Source: Camelus dromedarius
Lineage: Eukaryota
Length of the DNA: 60,000 bases
NCBI RefSeq assembly: GCF_036321535.1
Contig: NC_087436.1
Location: 92,506,001 to 92,566,000, forward strand
Reading direction: 5' to 3'
Position 1 is the first letter of the stretch; each line of letters begins with the position of its first letter. A program made the translations under genes and the position numbers. Shown piece after piece: positions 41,293 through 53,359 of this stretch. Under the pieces are notes generated by a model. It did no database searches. It saw only the letters and a list, made by a program, of their open reading frames with translations, and was not told where the DNA came from.

Positions 41293-42624
41293 CCACTGGA
41301 GTTTTAGATTAATTAGCTTTCTTGCCTTAATTCCCAATGACAATTAAGTATGTCTAAGAAGTACCAGTTAACACCCCTGGACTTTTAAAAGTATGTGTGG
41401 AAGATTACTACCAATGTCAACATTTCTAAATATTTCACTTCAACAAAAGCCTAAATGTGTAATTGCAGTGAGTTCATTTTGCAGATGATCCTTTTTTTTT
41501 TTTCTTGCATATGATAAATATTATTCCATTGCAGGGTCTAAAAATATCTGGCACAGTACAGAGCTAACATAACTTACAGCGGTTTAACTAAAGCTTTTAC
41601 AGTGGGGAAACTAAAAGATGGAAATTTGTCCACAGAGTCATTTCCAGTGGTTAAAACAAAATTGCATAAGCATTTGCTGCTACACATGTGGATTACTAAT
41701 TAGTGCTTCGTGCTTGCATGGGCTTTGATATCAAAGCGAAGTTTCATAAATCAACCAATGGAGAAATGGCGTGTTTGGGAGGATTGATGATGTTTAAAAG
41801 TGCGTTTCAGAATTATTACTCAAATTCATTTATTCGACAAATATTTGACTTCCTACTGTGTGAGACACTGTTCTGTGTGCCATGGAGAAAAACAGAGGCG
41901 TTATTTCTTGCAGTCTGCTTTTAGAAGGGATACAATTACATGGATTTGTTTCTTCTGTTGCTAGAAGATTATTCTTAATGTTTATTGAAAAATAAATGTT
42001 TTTTCTTGTCACTTGACCTAGTAAATTATTTTCTGAAAATAGTTATTTTTTTTATTTTGAAATTAAGGAACACATTTCATACCATATTAGAGTGGCAATG
42101 GAATTTTTCTGATTAAAAATTCTGTGAAATTTCCTCTTTGCATGACTTTTGGGATTTCTCTGTATAACTGAGAAAATTATTTTACACCAGAATATGTGCA
42201 AAGCAGGAAAAAGTTATAGTAATGGCTAATTTTTTAATTCTTAAATGCCATGCTTACTATATGCGGTAAGTCAGCCAATATTTTAGAAGCTAACACTACT
42301 AATAGATTTTGTGTTTTTTATTAATTGTTAATTAATTACAAGTTCTGTGTCTCCATTTGTCTTAAATATAACTGAGGGGTGTGGGGAAATCTTTTGGCTG
42401 GACTACTTGGGACAAAACTCTTCTTAGCTGTGGAGGAAACGGCCTCAAAAGTATCTCAGTTCTTGAAGTCTCACCTCCTCTCTGAGAAAATGGGGTAAAA
42501 GGACTAGACTACAGATGTCTCAAGCAATCTTTTGTTTAAGTCAAACTCTCCGGTGGTCCTGTGGGCACTCTGGGGTCTCCGCCGAGTTGATAATTCATTT
42601 CACACATTTGCACCTGCTCTACAG

Positions 42625-42716
42625 CCTCACCGAGAGGGCGCAACTGCTCAAGAACGTCTTTAAGAAGAACCATGTGAACTTGTACCCGTCGGAATCATTG
42701 CAGCAAAACCTGCTCC
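42625..42716 (+). CDS. ATP8A1: ATP8A1 penultimate coding exon (S-LTERAQLLKNVFKKNHVNLYPSESLQQNLL-H)
   Basis: ctgctctacag| acceptor, C|gtgagt donor; 92 nt, phase 2-1. Confidence 0.95.
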
Positions 42717-43898
42717 GTGAGTATTTGAGTTCTGGTTTTTAAACACATTTTCTGCCATTCCCTCATAACATTTATGAGAGCAGTATTTTGACTTTAGGGA
42801 TATTTCTTTAAAATTAACACCTAAAACAGGTTTTGCACAATTCCAAGATATTATATAAGTAACAAATGTGTAGATAATCCTTTGACCACAACCGAATCTT
42901 GCTTTCAGCAGAAGAGACAAAGCATTTGGAAATCTTGCTGCTTTCACTTAAAGAAAAATATTTCCGCCTGCCCCTTGCTTCTGTAAATCTTAAAAAGAAC
43001 CAGTGAAATAAATCTTAACTCTTAAAAGCTTGTATTGTTATCTTTTCTACTTGAATAACTTTGCAAGAGCCTTTTCAGCTTTCATACACAATGAAATGTG
43101 TATGAAACATTGCACAATGAAACATATATTTTCCCCTTCAAAAATATTTATGAATATTTAGAGCTGTAAGAAATTATTAGATATCACGCCCTCTTAACAT
43201 TTCAAGGATCTAAAAAAGAATATAATATATAAAGCCCTGTAGTAAATGTATTTGTGTTAGTAATATATCTTTTGTTTCATGTTGCTTCCACATATAATTT
43301 ATTTTCATTTACATATACTCATGTTTAATGCTTTTGCTTCTTTATACTTCAAGAGGCCTTTTCTAAAGATGTGATCCCCTGGAGGGTCGTTTCTTATCCC
43401 CAAGGCCCCTCGGACCAGGCTGGGGCATGAGTTTGTACTGAGAGCCAAGAAGAATGTTGTCTGAGAGGAGACCACTTTTCCACTGTTCAGGGCCGTGGGT
43501 GTTTACCTCCTTGTCGTCTTCGTTTTTATTCTTTCTTCCTTCTCATCTGCCTGATCTGTTCGGAACACATGTGCCCACTTGACAGGAATCCCACCCCTCT
43601 GATAGTTGGGAAGCAAAAATTAGATGGGTTGGACTCGAGATGCTGAAGGGAGCAGGGGTGAGAGCGTCTATTCATCTACAGAGCAGAACTCATAGCTCAT
43701 CTACACCACCGACATCTTACTCTTCCTTTTCCAGTTGAGTCTGTACCTTTTCCGGACCCTAAAAATTCACGCCTTCATGCTTTTAAAGATGGGAGGGATG
43801 CATTAGTTCCCTCGTTAGAAAATGAGCACTCAAAACCCAGAATAACAGATTTCCAGCGACTTTGTGATGATCATTTCTATTTTATCTTTAACTTCCAG

Positions 43899-43996
43899 AC
43901 GGGTATGCTTTCTCTCAAGATGAAAATGGAATCGTCTCCCAGTCTGAAGTGATTAGAGCGTATGACACCACAAAGCAGAGACCCGATGAATGGTGA
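43899..43996 (+). CDS. ATP8A1: ATP8A1 last coding exon ([32 protein letters not shown])
   Basis: ttaacttccag| acceptor; GYAFS regulatory motif; TGA at 43994-43996; C-terminus QRPDEW is as I recall for ATP8A1 (ATP8A2 ends in a Lys-rich tail). Confidence 0.96.
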
Positions 43997-46900
43997 CGGG
44001 GAGGGGCTGCGAGGCCAGCTCTGCTGTGTCTCTAAGGAGTGCTCCCAGGTCTTCGGTGGAATCTGCTGACCCATTCCAGTCTGGCCCCAGGAGGGGAAAT
44101 GGATCTGAGCGCATCTCACTGATTGACATTCAGATTCATGTATATTATAGACATAAGCACTGTGCAACTATACTGTAACACCATCTCTTTCAGATTTTCT
44201 AAAGTATTTGCTAAGTCTTTGTAAACAGAAATGGAAAATGACCTTGTATCTTGCCAGAGTGTTTCCTTAAACTGAGAACAGGTCAGTATTCTTATGCTGT
44301 TGCTCTGGGGCTGTAACTGTCAGTGTACTGGATATGCTACAAGGTGACCAGCCATTCGAAGTCTCTAAAATGGTAGTAAGTTAAAGGGACTCTTGAAACC
44401 CAGTTTTAGATTTCAGAATATGCTGAAGAAAAAAAAAAAAAAACCAGCATTCTTAAGGAACTGACTCGCTGAGCAAAATTTCTAAACAAGACATTAATAA
44501 TAAGTGTTTGTGTCAAAAATTGTCTTGATAAATGTTTGCCAAAGAAGTTCAATAAATGTATTTCTCATTCAGTAGTCATTTGCCCAGAAATTTAAGAGAA
44601 GGTTTACCTCCAGTTCTGCTGTAAGATCTGCATGCTTGACTTCTCAAATCTAAGAGTGATTTGCAAAAACAAGTATTTCAAGGCATTTGCTACTAAAATC
44701 TGTGATGTTGCACCTTCGGCCTTACAAATGCTTCTTTCTTGTTTGTCTTGTTTATTTGTTAAAGTCGAAGTGCACTCATGGTAAGTGACTCTGTCGTTAC
44801 GGTACTGATTTTTTAAAGCTGTGTTTATGTCTCAGTCCTTTCTGATGAGGTTTCATCATCATTTAGATTTTTCTAACAGTCTGGCTTCTGCTGTAGATTG
44901 AGCAATGTCATTTTGTCTTCAAGTTTTCTCTTTTAAGAAAAATATGCTCACACATGTATGTGAGATTTCCCGTGCTTCTGTCAAGACGTTTGGAATACCC
45001 CGCGGGATACATGCATGGGCTTTTGTAATGTCGGAGGCTCAGCTTTTGCCCTGTGCTTTGGTTTCTCTGTTAGTTCTCACTTGAGATGCCTGCTGTCCTC
45101 GGTAGCACACCCCGTGTTTCGGCGACTGCCGCTCCTGCACTTAGGACTGAGAGTGACTTCACTTTTCACGTGTCAGGCAGCTCCCAGAATTAGTCACACG
45201 CTGCTAATTGGGACAAAGAAGTAGTACATGTTCCCCATTTTAAAAACACCTATTTTACTCAAGCCTGTAACTTTATAAAGAACCCTATTCATCTTGAGTA
45301 GATTCTGTTAATATGCTTTTAAATGTCTATTCTGTTTAATTATTTTCAGCATTTTCAAGACATCTCCTGAAAATACTTACTTTGCTACCAACTATAGATG
45401 GTGAGGGGAGGGGCTGTTTAAAAACCACAACCTATTTTCTACACTATTTTTTAAATAAAGCTTTCATGTAGAAATAAATAAAAAGGAATTCTAGCTTTCA
45501 GATACACTTCAGAGATTGAAGCAAACTTTCTGCCTTGTATTCAAAAGCCTGTTTGCCTTTAAGTGGACTTAACCAGCAAAATAGGTAGAACTTCCTCTTT
45601 TGAAAAAGTCAACTAGGATTGAGAAAAGAGGTGATTTTCAAATCACTCCTTGAGTTGAATCATTTACATCCTTTTCACCCTTTTTCTCAATCCAGACTTA
45701 AAATTAGGTTATTGCTTATTTCCTTACCTGTATTCTTAACTATTTAGTCACATGTATGCCTCCCACATTTTCTGCAAATAAGGGAATTTATAACACATAC
45801 ATAATTCTAACCTAAAGGAGGGCAAGGAGTGAACATAAATACTCCCCAGACCCTTCCCATCTGGGGCTCAGATTAAGAGAATCATGAACCCAAACGTCTA
45901 GCAAGACCACAAGTATGAGAGTCTAAGGTCATCTTCAAAATTCAGATGTCACACTCTTTGTCTACTGAACGGATATTCAGAGTGGCTTGTCTGGGCCTCC
46001 GCGGGGAGAGTTGAGGTCAAACCACAAAAAACGAAAAACGAGAATGAAGTACATCCCTCTGGAGGAACAGTTTACAGCTGTGACAGAGAAGGGCTGCCTC
46101 CGATTCCCCTCACCTCATAGGTGACATCCTTCTCCAGAAGGTTAATATTAAAATGGGATGAGCATAAGAGCACTGAATTTTCTGACTTAAGAAAACTAAG
46201 CGTTTTATTTCTATCTTGAAACACGGCTTGTTTCTGTGAAGCTCTTCAACGTGGGTAGAAGACTCATGGTTAATATTATAATGTTGTTGATCATGATGTG
46301 AAATATGACTAATTTGTGCTTTTTTGTCCCAAGGACCTATTTTGGAATTATCAACATTAAGTCAATCTCTTAGCTTCTTGGGTGGGAGTTGGGGGTGGGC
46401 AGAGAGGGAGTGACCTCCATGGTAAAATTTAAAATATAAGATTGCAACTGCAGCAACCTTATAGTGGTAATGAGAGAAAACCCTCTGATTTTTTTTAACC
46501 TTCCAAAGGCTGGGAGCGGGGAAGTAACAGTTTTACCAAGATTAAACTAAACAGTTGAAGTGTATTTTCTGAAATAAGGGACACTCCAATTAAAACGTCC
46601 CTTGTAGGGACTGGCAAATGCTAACACCGTTGCTTTACAATGTTTACAGTTCAGAAAATACTACTTTCAGCAGAAAATCATCATTCATCTCGCATTGAAA
46701 AGCTGGAAGTTGCTTCTTTAATGTTGACTAGTACACAGTGATATTGAGCATGGACTTTCTAAACATTTTATACATCATATAAAAATATATTGGTGTCTCA
46801 CACCCAGAAAGATGCTATATGGTAGAAATTATTAGCAGGAAAATAGTGTTTCTCAGGAATGTAGTAAATTGTAAGTGAAATATATGCTGCCCACCCCCCG

Positions 46901-48610
46901 CCCCCACCCTACTCTGTCTCATGTGAGCCTGCTTCAGCCATGCGGCAAAGTTAATGGGAAACTTTTTCTAATCAAGTCAGGTGAACCTGTATTCTATTCA
47001 ATAATGTCAGCCATTTACATGAACTGTATGGTCATTGAATGGAATCCTCTTAATTAAGTGATTCCTCTTAATTTCCAAGGAAAAAGAAATGAATTCAAGA
47101 AATCAACATTTATTCTGGTCGTTATATTTTAATTTTGCAGTTTCGCATTCTCAATAACCAGTGTGAAAGTCACACGATTTGTTCTGCATTGTGTGCACTG
47201 TACGTCACTTAGAATCTGTCATTTAAGATGTTCTTTCAGGAAATGAATGCTAATCAGGAAGTACTTGATTGCATATTCACAATGTTTTCTTTATAACAAT
47301 GTCATCCTTATTACAAAGCTAAATGATTCTTAGTGTTTATTTTAGTGCAGTTTGCCCTTGGATAGTTCCTGGTTCTAAAACTTGCATCATCAATTAAATC
47401 TATAATCATCCACAAAATTTATTGAGAAAATTCCCACTCTATTCACATCACATGGGCCAGGCCTATAGAACTCTTTTCATAAATTACTTGATGTAACACC
47501 ATGCAGCTCGGTGCCTAATAAATGCTTTTTAATGATGAACATTTCTATAATGCCTCTTAAAGAGACCATAGTTTGATTTTTCTCACATTGAAATAACTGA
47601 AAGTCACTTGTGAAGCTCTTATTTTTTGCTGTATTTTAATTAACCTTCAACAGCTATTCAAATGGAATGTAAGTTAAATTTTGAAGGAAAGGAAATAAAT
47701 GTTTTCCATTTTTCGTCCTGATTTATTTTCTGTATGAGAGCAGCTGTGTTTTTGATAGGTTTATGGTTTGCATGAATTAATATTTAAAGTGGCCTAGGCC
47801 AATGCATGGCTCTTGCTGTAAATCTTGATGTTTATTTCTGCCTTATAAAATTCTTTCGTGGCCTACCTGAAATTTAATATTCAGTGGGCAAATTAATTGG
47901 TCCTCTGCACTTTTTTTTAATAAGTAAATTATTTTACAAATTTGAACTAATTTAATTGAAACTTTTGTTTAGCTTGCCTCTAAGAACTTTCCTTAATAAA
48001 GCTCACAAAACTTCTCAGCAAATAAATCTCCCTTAAGTAGGAAAAAAGCTAGATTTCATACTAGCTTACTTTGAATTAACAGCAACTTTCCATAGGTAAA
48101 TCTGCTCTTGCAAAGATGTGAGCAGAATATTTAAAAATATATATTTTTATGTTTCCTGGTTCTAGACTAGCAGCCATAAATGCAGTAAATACTGTTTGTT
48201 TGTTTAACTACTTCAAGCTTCATTTTTCACATTTTCAAGTTTCTTAGGTTAAAAAAAAGGCAGCCTTGGAAGGCAGCTACTATGGAAAATTGCAGTTTGC
48301 ATTAAAGATAAAATCGTATATTTTCAGCTCCATGAAAAACCATTCCTGCTGAAACTGCTGTAGAGATTGTGAAGCTGCATGAGTGGAGAGTGTTGACTCT
48401 GTGATTATAGTAGTTTCCTCAGGTTTGCTTATCTCGATGTTCAAAGCACTGTGTTTTATAAATAGTTATTAAAAGTTGAGTAATGTTCAATTCTACGCAG
48501 TGTTACGTGTCATTGGCCTTTTGTGGATGTGCATGTTTTAAACTGCAAATTTTAAACATTTTGTCCTGATTGTTATTAAAAATGAAATAAACCTTTCCAT
48601 TCCATAAAGA
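43997..48610 (+). other. ATP8A1: ATP8A1 long 3'UTR (~4.6 kb, end approximate)
   Basis: AU-rich, repeat-poor stretch after the stop, ending at ATTAAA (48575-48580) and AATAAA (48586-48591). Confidence 0.7.
48575..48591 (+). terminator. Probable distal polyadenylation signals of ATP8A1
   Basis: Tandem ATTAAA and AATAAA preceded by U/GU-rich sequence. Confidence 0.6.
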
Positions 48611-50334
48611 AAAGTGTTCAAGTTTTAATTGCTAGTTTTAGAAACTAGATTGCTTTATAAAACCTTCAAATCTGGCCTAACTGTAGTCTGAGAAGGTGTA
48701 TCCATTTAAGAGCAATATTAACATTTTGTTTACAACCCCAGTGATATACGAAATATCCCTGCATTTTAATCCCATTAAACACAACATAAAATGGAGGATA
48801 TTAACTCTAGTTTTGCAAGAGCTGGTAGTTTTGATAATTAAGTACCAAAAAAACAATTTTAAAATAAAACGACTGTTTTGATTCTTCAGTCAGAAAAGCC
48901 TCCCAGGATGGTCCTCATTACAGATTTAAATCAGCCTGCAAGTCAACAGCTAATTCATGGCCCCTTCCTTTCGCATAGGGTGAATTTCTTAAGGTTTTTC
49001 TAAACCCACTGAATTTTTTTAAGTTCAGGAGAAAGTGGCCATACTTAGCCAATAAAATTGGAAGGAAGTAACCAGAAAATATTAAAAGTGCCACGTGAGA
49101 CAAAAATACAAGAAACACTGAAAACTGAGGACAAGAGCTTAATCAAAAATAAGAATCCCTCGGTAAAAGAAACAACTGAAGCTGCAGTTTGGAAACCTGC
49201 TAGGGCAGGATTAGTTCACAAAGAAGCACTGGGGGAGCAATCTGAGGAGCCTCTAGGCTTGTGAGAGTGAAACAGCTTGTTCTTCGCTGTCAGGGGCCCG
49301 GCATCCTTTCCCACAGTCTAGCCGGGGGCAAGGACTGTGTGGGTGCCCCCGGCAAAACCACAGAAAAACAATGTACAGAAAAGCTACCTGTGAATTCCCC
49401 CAAATACTTTTCACATTCAACTCCATCCCCCTTAAAATAAGCACTGTGTTTTCCCTGACCCTGCCAGTTAAGATGCCGTCTAATACAGCCAGAAGAAAAC
49501 TGCAAACTTGAAAGACATTCCCATAAATTCAATACGTCATCCGTCAAAATGTTTACACGTCAAACATTTAAAGTTTGGTTTTGGATGCTTATGGCTTCTA
49601 AAGCTTCCATTTCAGTAATACAGAGCTGCTCATTTTAATGAAGAAAGCTCTTCTTAACCTGGATTGTTTCACTAGCAGGCTAATAAAAATTATTGGAAAA
49701 TGTATTTTTTTTTAATCATTCTGCCTTTATTCCAAGTACAATCTATGTAACAAGCAATTCAAATAAGAATTTTCTGTCAGAATAATTTCATTAATAGTTA
49801 ATGTTTAATTGCAATTTTTAAATACTCTTGTACATACAAAAATACTTGTTTGCTCCCTTTATAGTTCAATGTGTCCGTAAATCCTTATTTTTCCCGAACA
49901 TGTACTAAACAAGCTTTTTCAGTTATGCCAAGTTAAACTGATCCAGACCCAAAAAAATGTATCAAATTCCTAATTGTGATTGTATATATTTTCAGGAACC
50001 TTTCTGGTTATCTCATTTTAGAGAGAAAATTTCCTATAGACTTTAAGTCAGTCTGACAAATTCTCCACCATGAGGAACAGCTAAGAATAACATCAGTGAG
50101 AATAAACAGTTCAGAAGATACGAGGGAACTATCTATCCACTCGGACAATTAAAAATACAATCTGTTGGCTTTGGAGTGAATAATCATTTTAAAGCAAATT
50201 TATCCAATACCTCTTTCTAAAGCAAATGGTAAAATAAATCCACAGGCCATGAGCAGTGGGTGGGAGAGGGCTCTGTCACAGGCAGTAAGAAGTTGGCCTC
50301 TCTATCCAAGGAGGCCATAGAGTGACTGTCAAAC

Positions 50335-50823
50335 TGTTACCGGGAAAAGGAAAATAAGAATTACCTCAGTTCTTAGTCACCCAAAAAAGAAGAATTTTTG
50401 ATGAGAGACAGAAAGCATGATATAAGCAAGATTTGTATTAGTGAAGTAAAAAATAGCAAAAGACAGTACACTCCCGAGAACTGGGGACGGGCAACCCAAG
50501 AGAGGAAAAATGGCGCCGCTCCTTTGCTTTTCCTGTTTTTATATCCTGGTTTCGTGATTGATTGGTGGATTGATTGACAACTCAGGTTCCCTGCGCTCCG
50601 GCTCGCCCACCCCCTTTTGAGCAGGTTCACTGGGTCAGGTTATACCAGGCGCCCCACCCATGCGCAGCGGCAGCGCTTTGACTTTAACTGGCCCTCACTT
50701 AGAGAAAGTAAAAATTTCTGGCGTCCCTTTTCCTGAATGCAGACACACTGCCATATTCTGGGTTGTTCCTCTCCCCTTCCTCTCCCCCTGCCCAGTGCTC
50801 ATCACTATCTAAACTACCTAACA
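50335..50823 (-). mobile_element. 3' LTR (489 bp)
   Basis: TG...CA ends; abuts the PPT; about 92% identical to 55307-55808 by manual alignment. Confidence 0.95.
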
Positions 50824-50834
50824 TTCCCCCCTCT
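50824..50834 (-). promoter_or_regulatory. Polypurine tract (AGAGGGGGGAA)
   Basis: Purine run directly 5' of the 3' LTR on the - strand. Confidence 0.88.
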
Positions 50835-50989
50835 AGTCATAGGACCCCCAAATCTTTGGGACGTAGAGGGCGATGACTGCTCTAGCTACTTCCTGCTGAT
50901 CTGGGTGATGATGGAGCTTGTTGAGGTCCCAGACTAGCTGGCTGTCACTGGGCAGGTGGTGAGTGAAGGGTCGATATCCATCGAGTGGC

Positions 50990-51430
50990 TTGTATAAAAG
51001 CTGTCTTGGCTGATTGGTTGATTACCTTGTTATATAGCCATTTAAAGTTTGACTCTAGACAAGAAGAAACACATTTTATAAGAAGATTAAAAAGACAGAA
51101 ATCAAATATATAGAGCTAACCCTAGCCAGGGGATGAAAGGGGCAAACAAGGGTCATACCTACTTAATCGGAAAAAACTGCCTTAAAAATAACTGATTTCT
51201 GTGCTTTCTGTTGGTTTGGTTTTAGAAGGCAGACGTTGGAGTGTTAGTCCAGTGAACTAAAGGAGGAGTCAACGAGGGACCCTAATGTCAGAGACATTTT
51301 AGATTAGTATTAAAACAGTTTGGTGGGGGCCCCAGAGGAGAAAAGATGAGAGCCAGGAGACATTTAAGAAAGAGGTTTATCTAACAGGGATCTGTAGTCC
51401 CCTAGGGTGATGGGACAGTCTCACCGGAGA
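50990..51430 (-). pseudogene. env: env remnant (mostly deleted; TM membrane-anchor/cytoplasmic-tail trace)
   Basis: Minus strand ~51100-51052 reads FCLFNLLIKCVSSCLE, resembling the class I TM tail GPCIFNLLVKFVSSRIE; position between pol end and PPT. Confidence 0.65.
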
Positions 51431-51431
51431 G

Positions 51432-53359
51432 TCACTTGAAAAGCAGTCGCAGATCATTAAGAGGTTCAAAGAATATGTGGCTCCCATCAGTGAACCAGAT
51501 CTCATCAGGGTTTTCCAGGCCTTGGTCGGTGAGATCTGTTCTAGCTCCTAGAGAAATGGACAGGGTCTCATGACATAGGTGAAAGGGAAGAGACTCGTCT
51601 GGTGATGGTAACAGTGTAGCAGGATTGAGTGTCCCACAAACGGAGACAGTGACATCTGCATTTTCCAATAATAATGCCTGATATTTAAGAAGCCGAGTGT
51701 CTGAGAGCCAGAAATGTCCCTTGCCTTTAAAAAGATCAGAAACTTGGTGGTTAACGTATGCTTGTATAGGGGACCCCAGAGTTAGCTTAAAAGCTTCCTC
51801 CAGGAGAGAAGACAGGGCTCCCAACACTCTTAGGCAGGAAGGCCAGCCTCGAGCAGTGGGATCTAGCCCCTTGGAGCAGTATCCCATGGGCTGTTGGGTA
51901 GGACCCAGCCATGGGGTGAGGACCCCCAAGGCTCTTCCTCCTCTCTCATGAACATACAACTGGAAGGGTCTTGTGGGATCTGGAAGCCCCAAGGCCAGGG
52001 ATCTTACTAGGAGATTTTTTAATTCTTCCATTGCTTCTTGTTGGGAAGGACCCCACCAAGAGATACTGAGTCATCTTTACCCTTTAAATTGTCACATAGT
52101 GGTTGGGCTATACACCCATAGTGAGGGATCTAAAGCCTACGGTAACCTGTTAGTCCGAGAAACGTCCTGAGCTATTTTCGAGTAGTGGGATTAGGGAGTT
52201 GTAAGGTTCCCTGAATTCATTCAGGGGAAAGGCTACAGGTTCCAGGAGTCAGAACAACTCCTAGATAAGTGACATCTTGTTTGACCATTTTGGCCTTGGA
52301 CCTGGAAAGTGGATTGCGTGCTGGATGGCCTGTTCTCGAGTAAGGGGGCAGATAAGTAGGTCATCTGCATATTGGAGAATAGTCCCTTTTTCAAGCTGTA
52401 AGTCCTGTAAATCTGGGCCAAAGCTTGCCCAAAGAGGTGAGGACTGTCTCTAAACCCCTGTGGCAGTAGTGCTGTCCAGGCAGCTGGCGCTGGTACCCAC
52501 TGGGTGAGTCCCACTGAAAGACAAATAAACACTGGGACTGGGGACTAAGGGGCATACAGAAGAAAGCCCCTTTCGGTCTAAGGTCGTGTACCCCTGGGCT
52601 CCTGGAGGGATGTTCCCCAGTAGCACACAGGGGTTCGGAGCCATTGGGTGAAGAGGTACTGCTGCCTCATTTATGGTTCGTAAATCCCGGACCAGCCTGT
52701 AGGTCCCATCTTTTTTAATGGCCAGAAGGATAGTTGTGTTGCAGGGGAAGTTAACAGGAATTAGGACTCCACACTGTAAGAACTTAGAAATTATTGGCTG
52801 AAGGCCCTTCCTTGCCTCAGGTTTTAAATGATACTGCTTTCGATTAGGGAGCCAGGTGGGATCTCTGTGGGAGATGACAACGGGAGCAGCCGTCTTTATC
52901 GCCCTGCAACGCCTTGACCCCAGGCAGCAGGATCAGTTTTATTCTCCCAGGCCTCTGGGTGTGGAGGTCTTTCTCCTTCCCCAGAGAGCGAGGAGTTGTA
53001 AAGAGGTGAAAGTCTGGGGATTTTCTCCCAGGATAACTCGGGTTCCCAACTTGTAAAGAAGGTCTCGGCCTAAAAGGGGTCTAGGACATTCTGGCACGCA
53101 TAAGAAAGAATGTGCAAACGAGCGTTCGTCCCATCAACAACAAAGGGGGGCAGTAAAGAATCTTGAGGTCAGTTTACCTGTGACTCCCATAACGGCACAG
53201 AAACTGGAGGAGACGGGTCCGGAGAAGGAAGTCAGGACAGAGTAGGTGGCCCCGGTATCCGTAAGAAAAGTTACTGTCCTATCGCCACATCTATTTGTAC
53301 CCGCGGCTCCAGCCCAGTGATGGAGAGCTCTTGCGTTGGGTATGATAGAAGGGGCTTCT
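51432..53359 (-). pseudogene. pol: Disrupted pro-pol (protease, RT, tether, start of RNase H fused to the last residues of IN)
   Basis: Protease FLTDTGATYSVL; RT KKDGTYRLVRDLR, LPQGFRDSPHLFGQAL, LQYADDLL, FLGLTGY; tether ALGLPD..PFQLYVHE, GWPSCLR, LNPATLLP; RNase H WFTDGS; then EPLNDLRLLFK*; internal stops and frameshifts. Confidence 0.93.

Noticed and set aside
52360..52371. RT catalytic motif reads YADD, as in LINE, retron and group II intron RTs, rather than YVDD
   Set aside because: The flanking motifs (LPQGFRDSP, LQY.DDLL, FLGLTGY) are gamma-like retroviral. GTA->GCA is one transition in a pol full of stops, so it is not evidence of a novel RT system.
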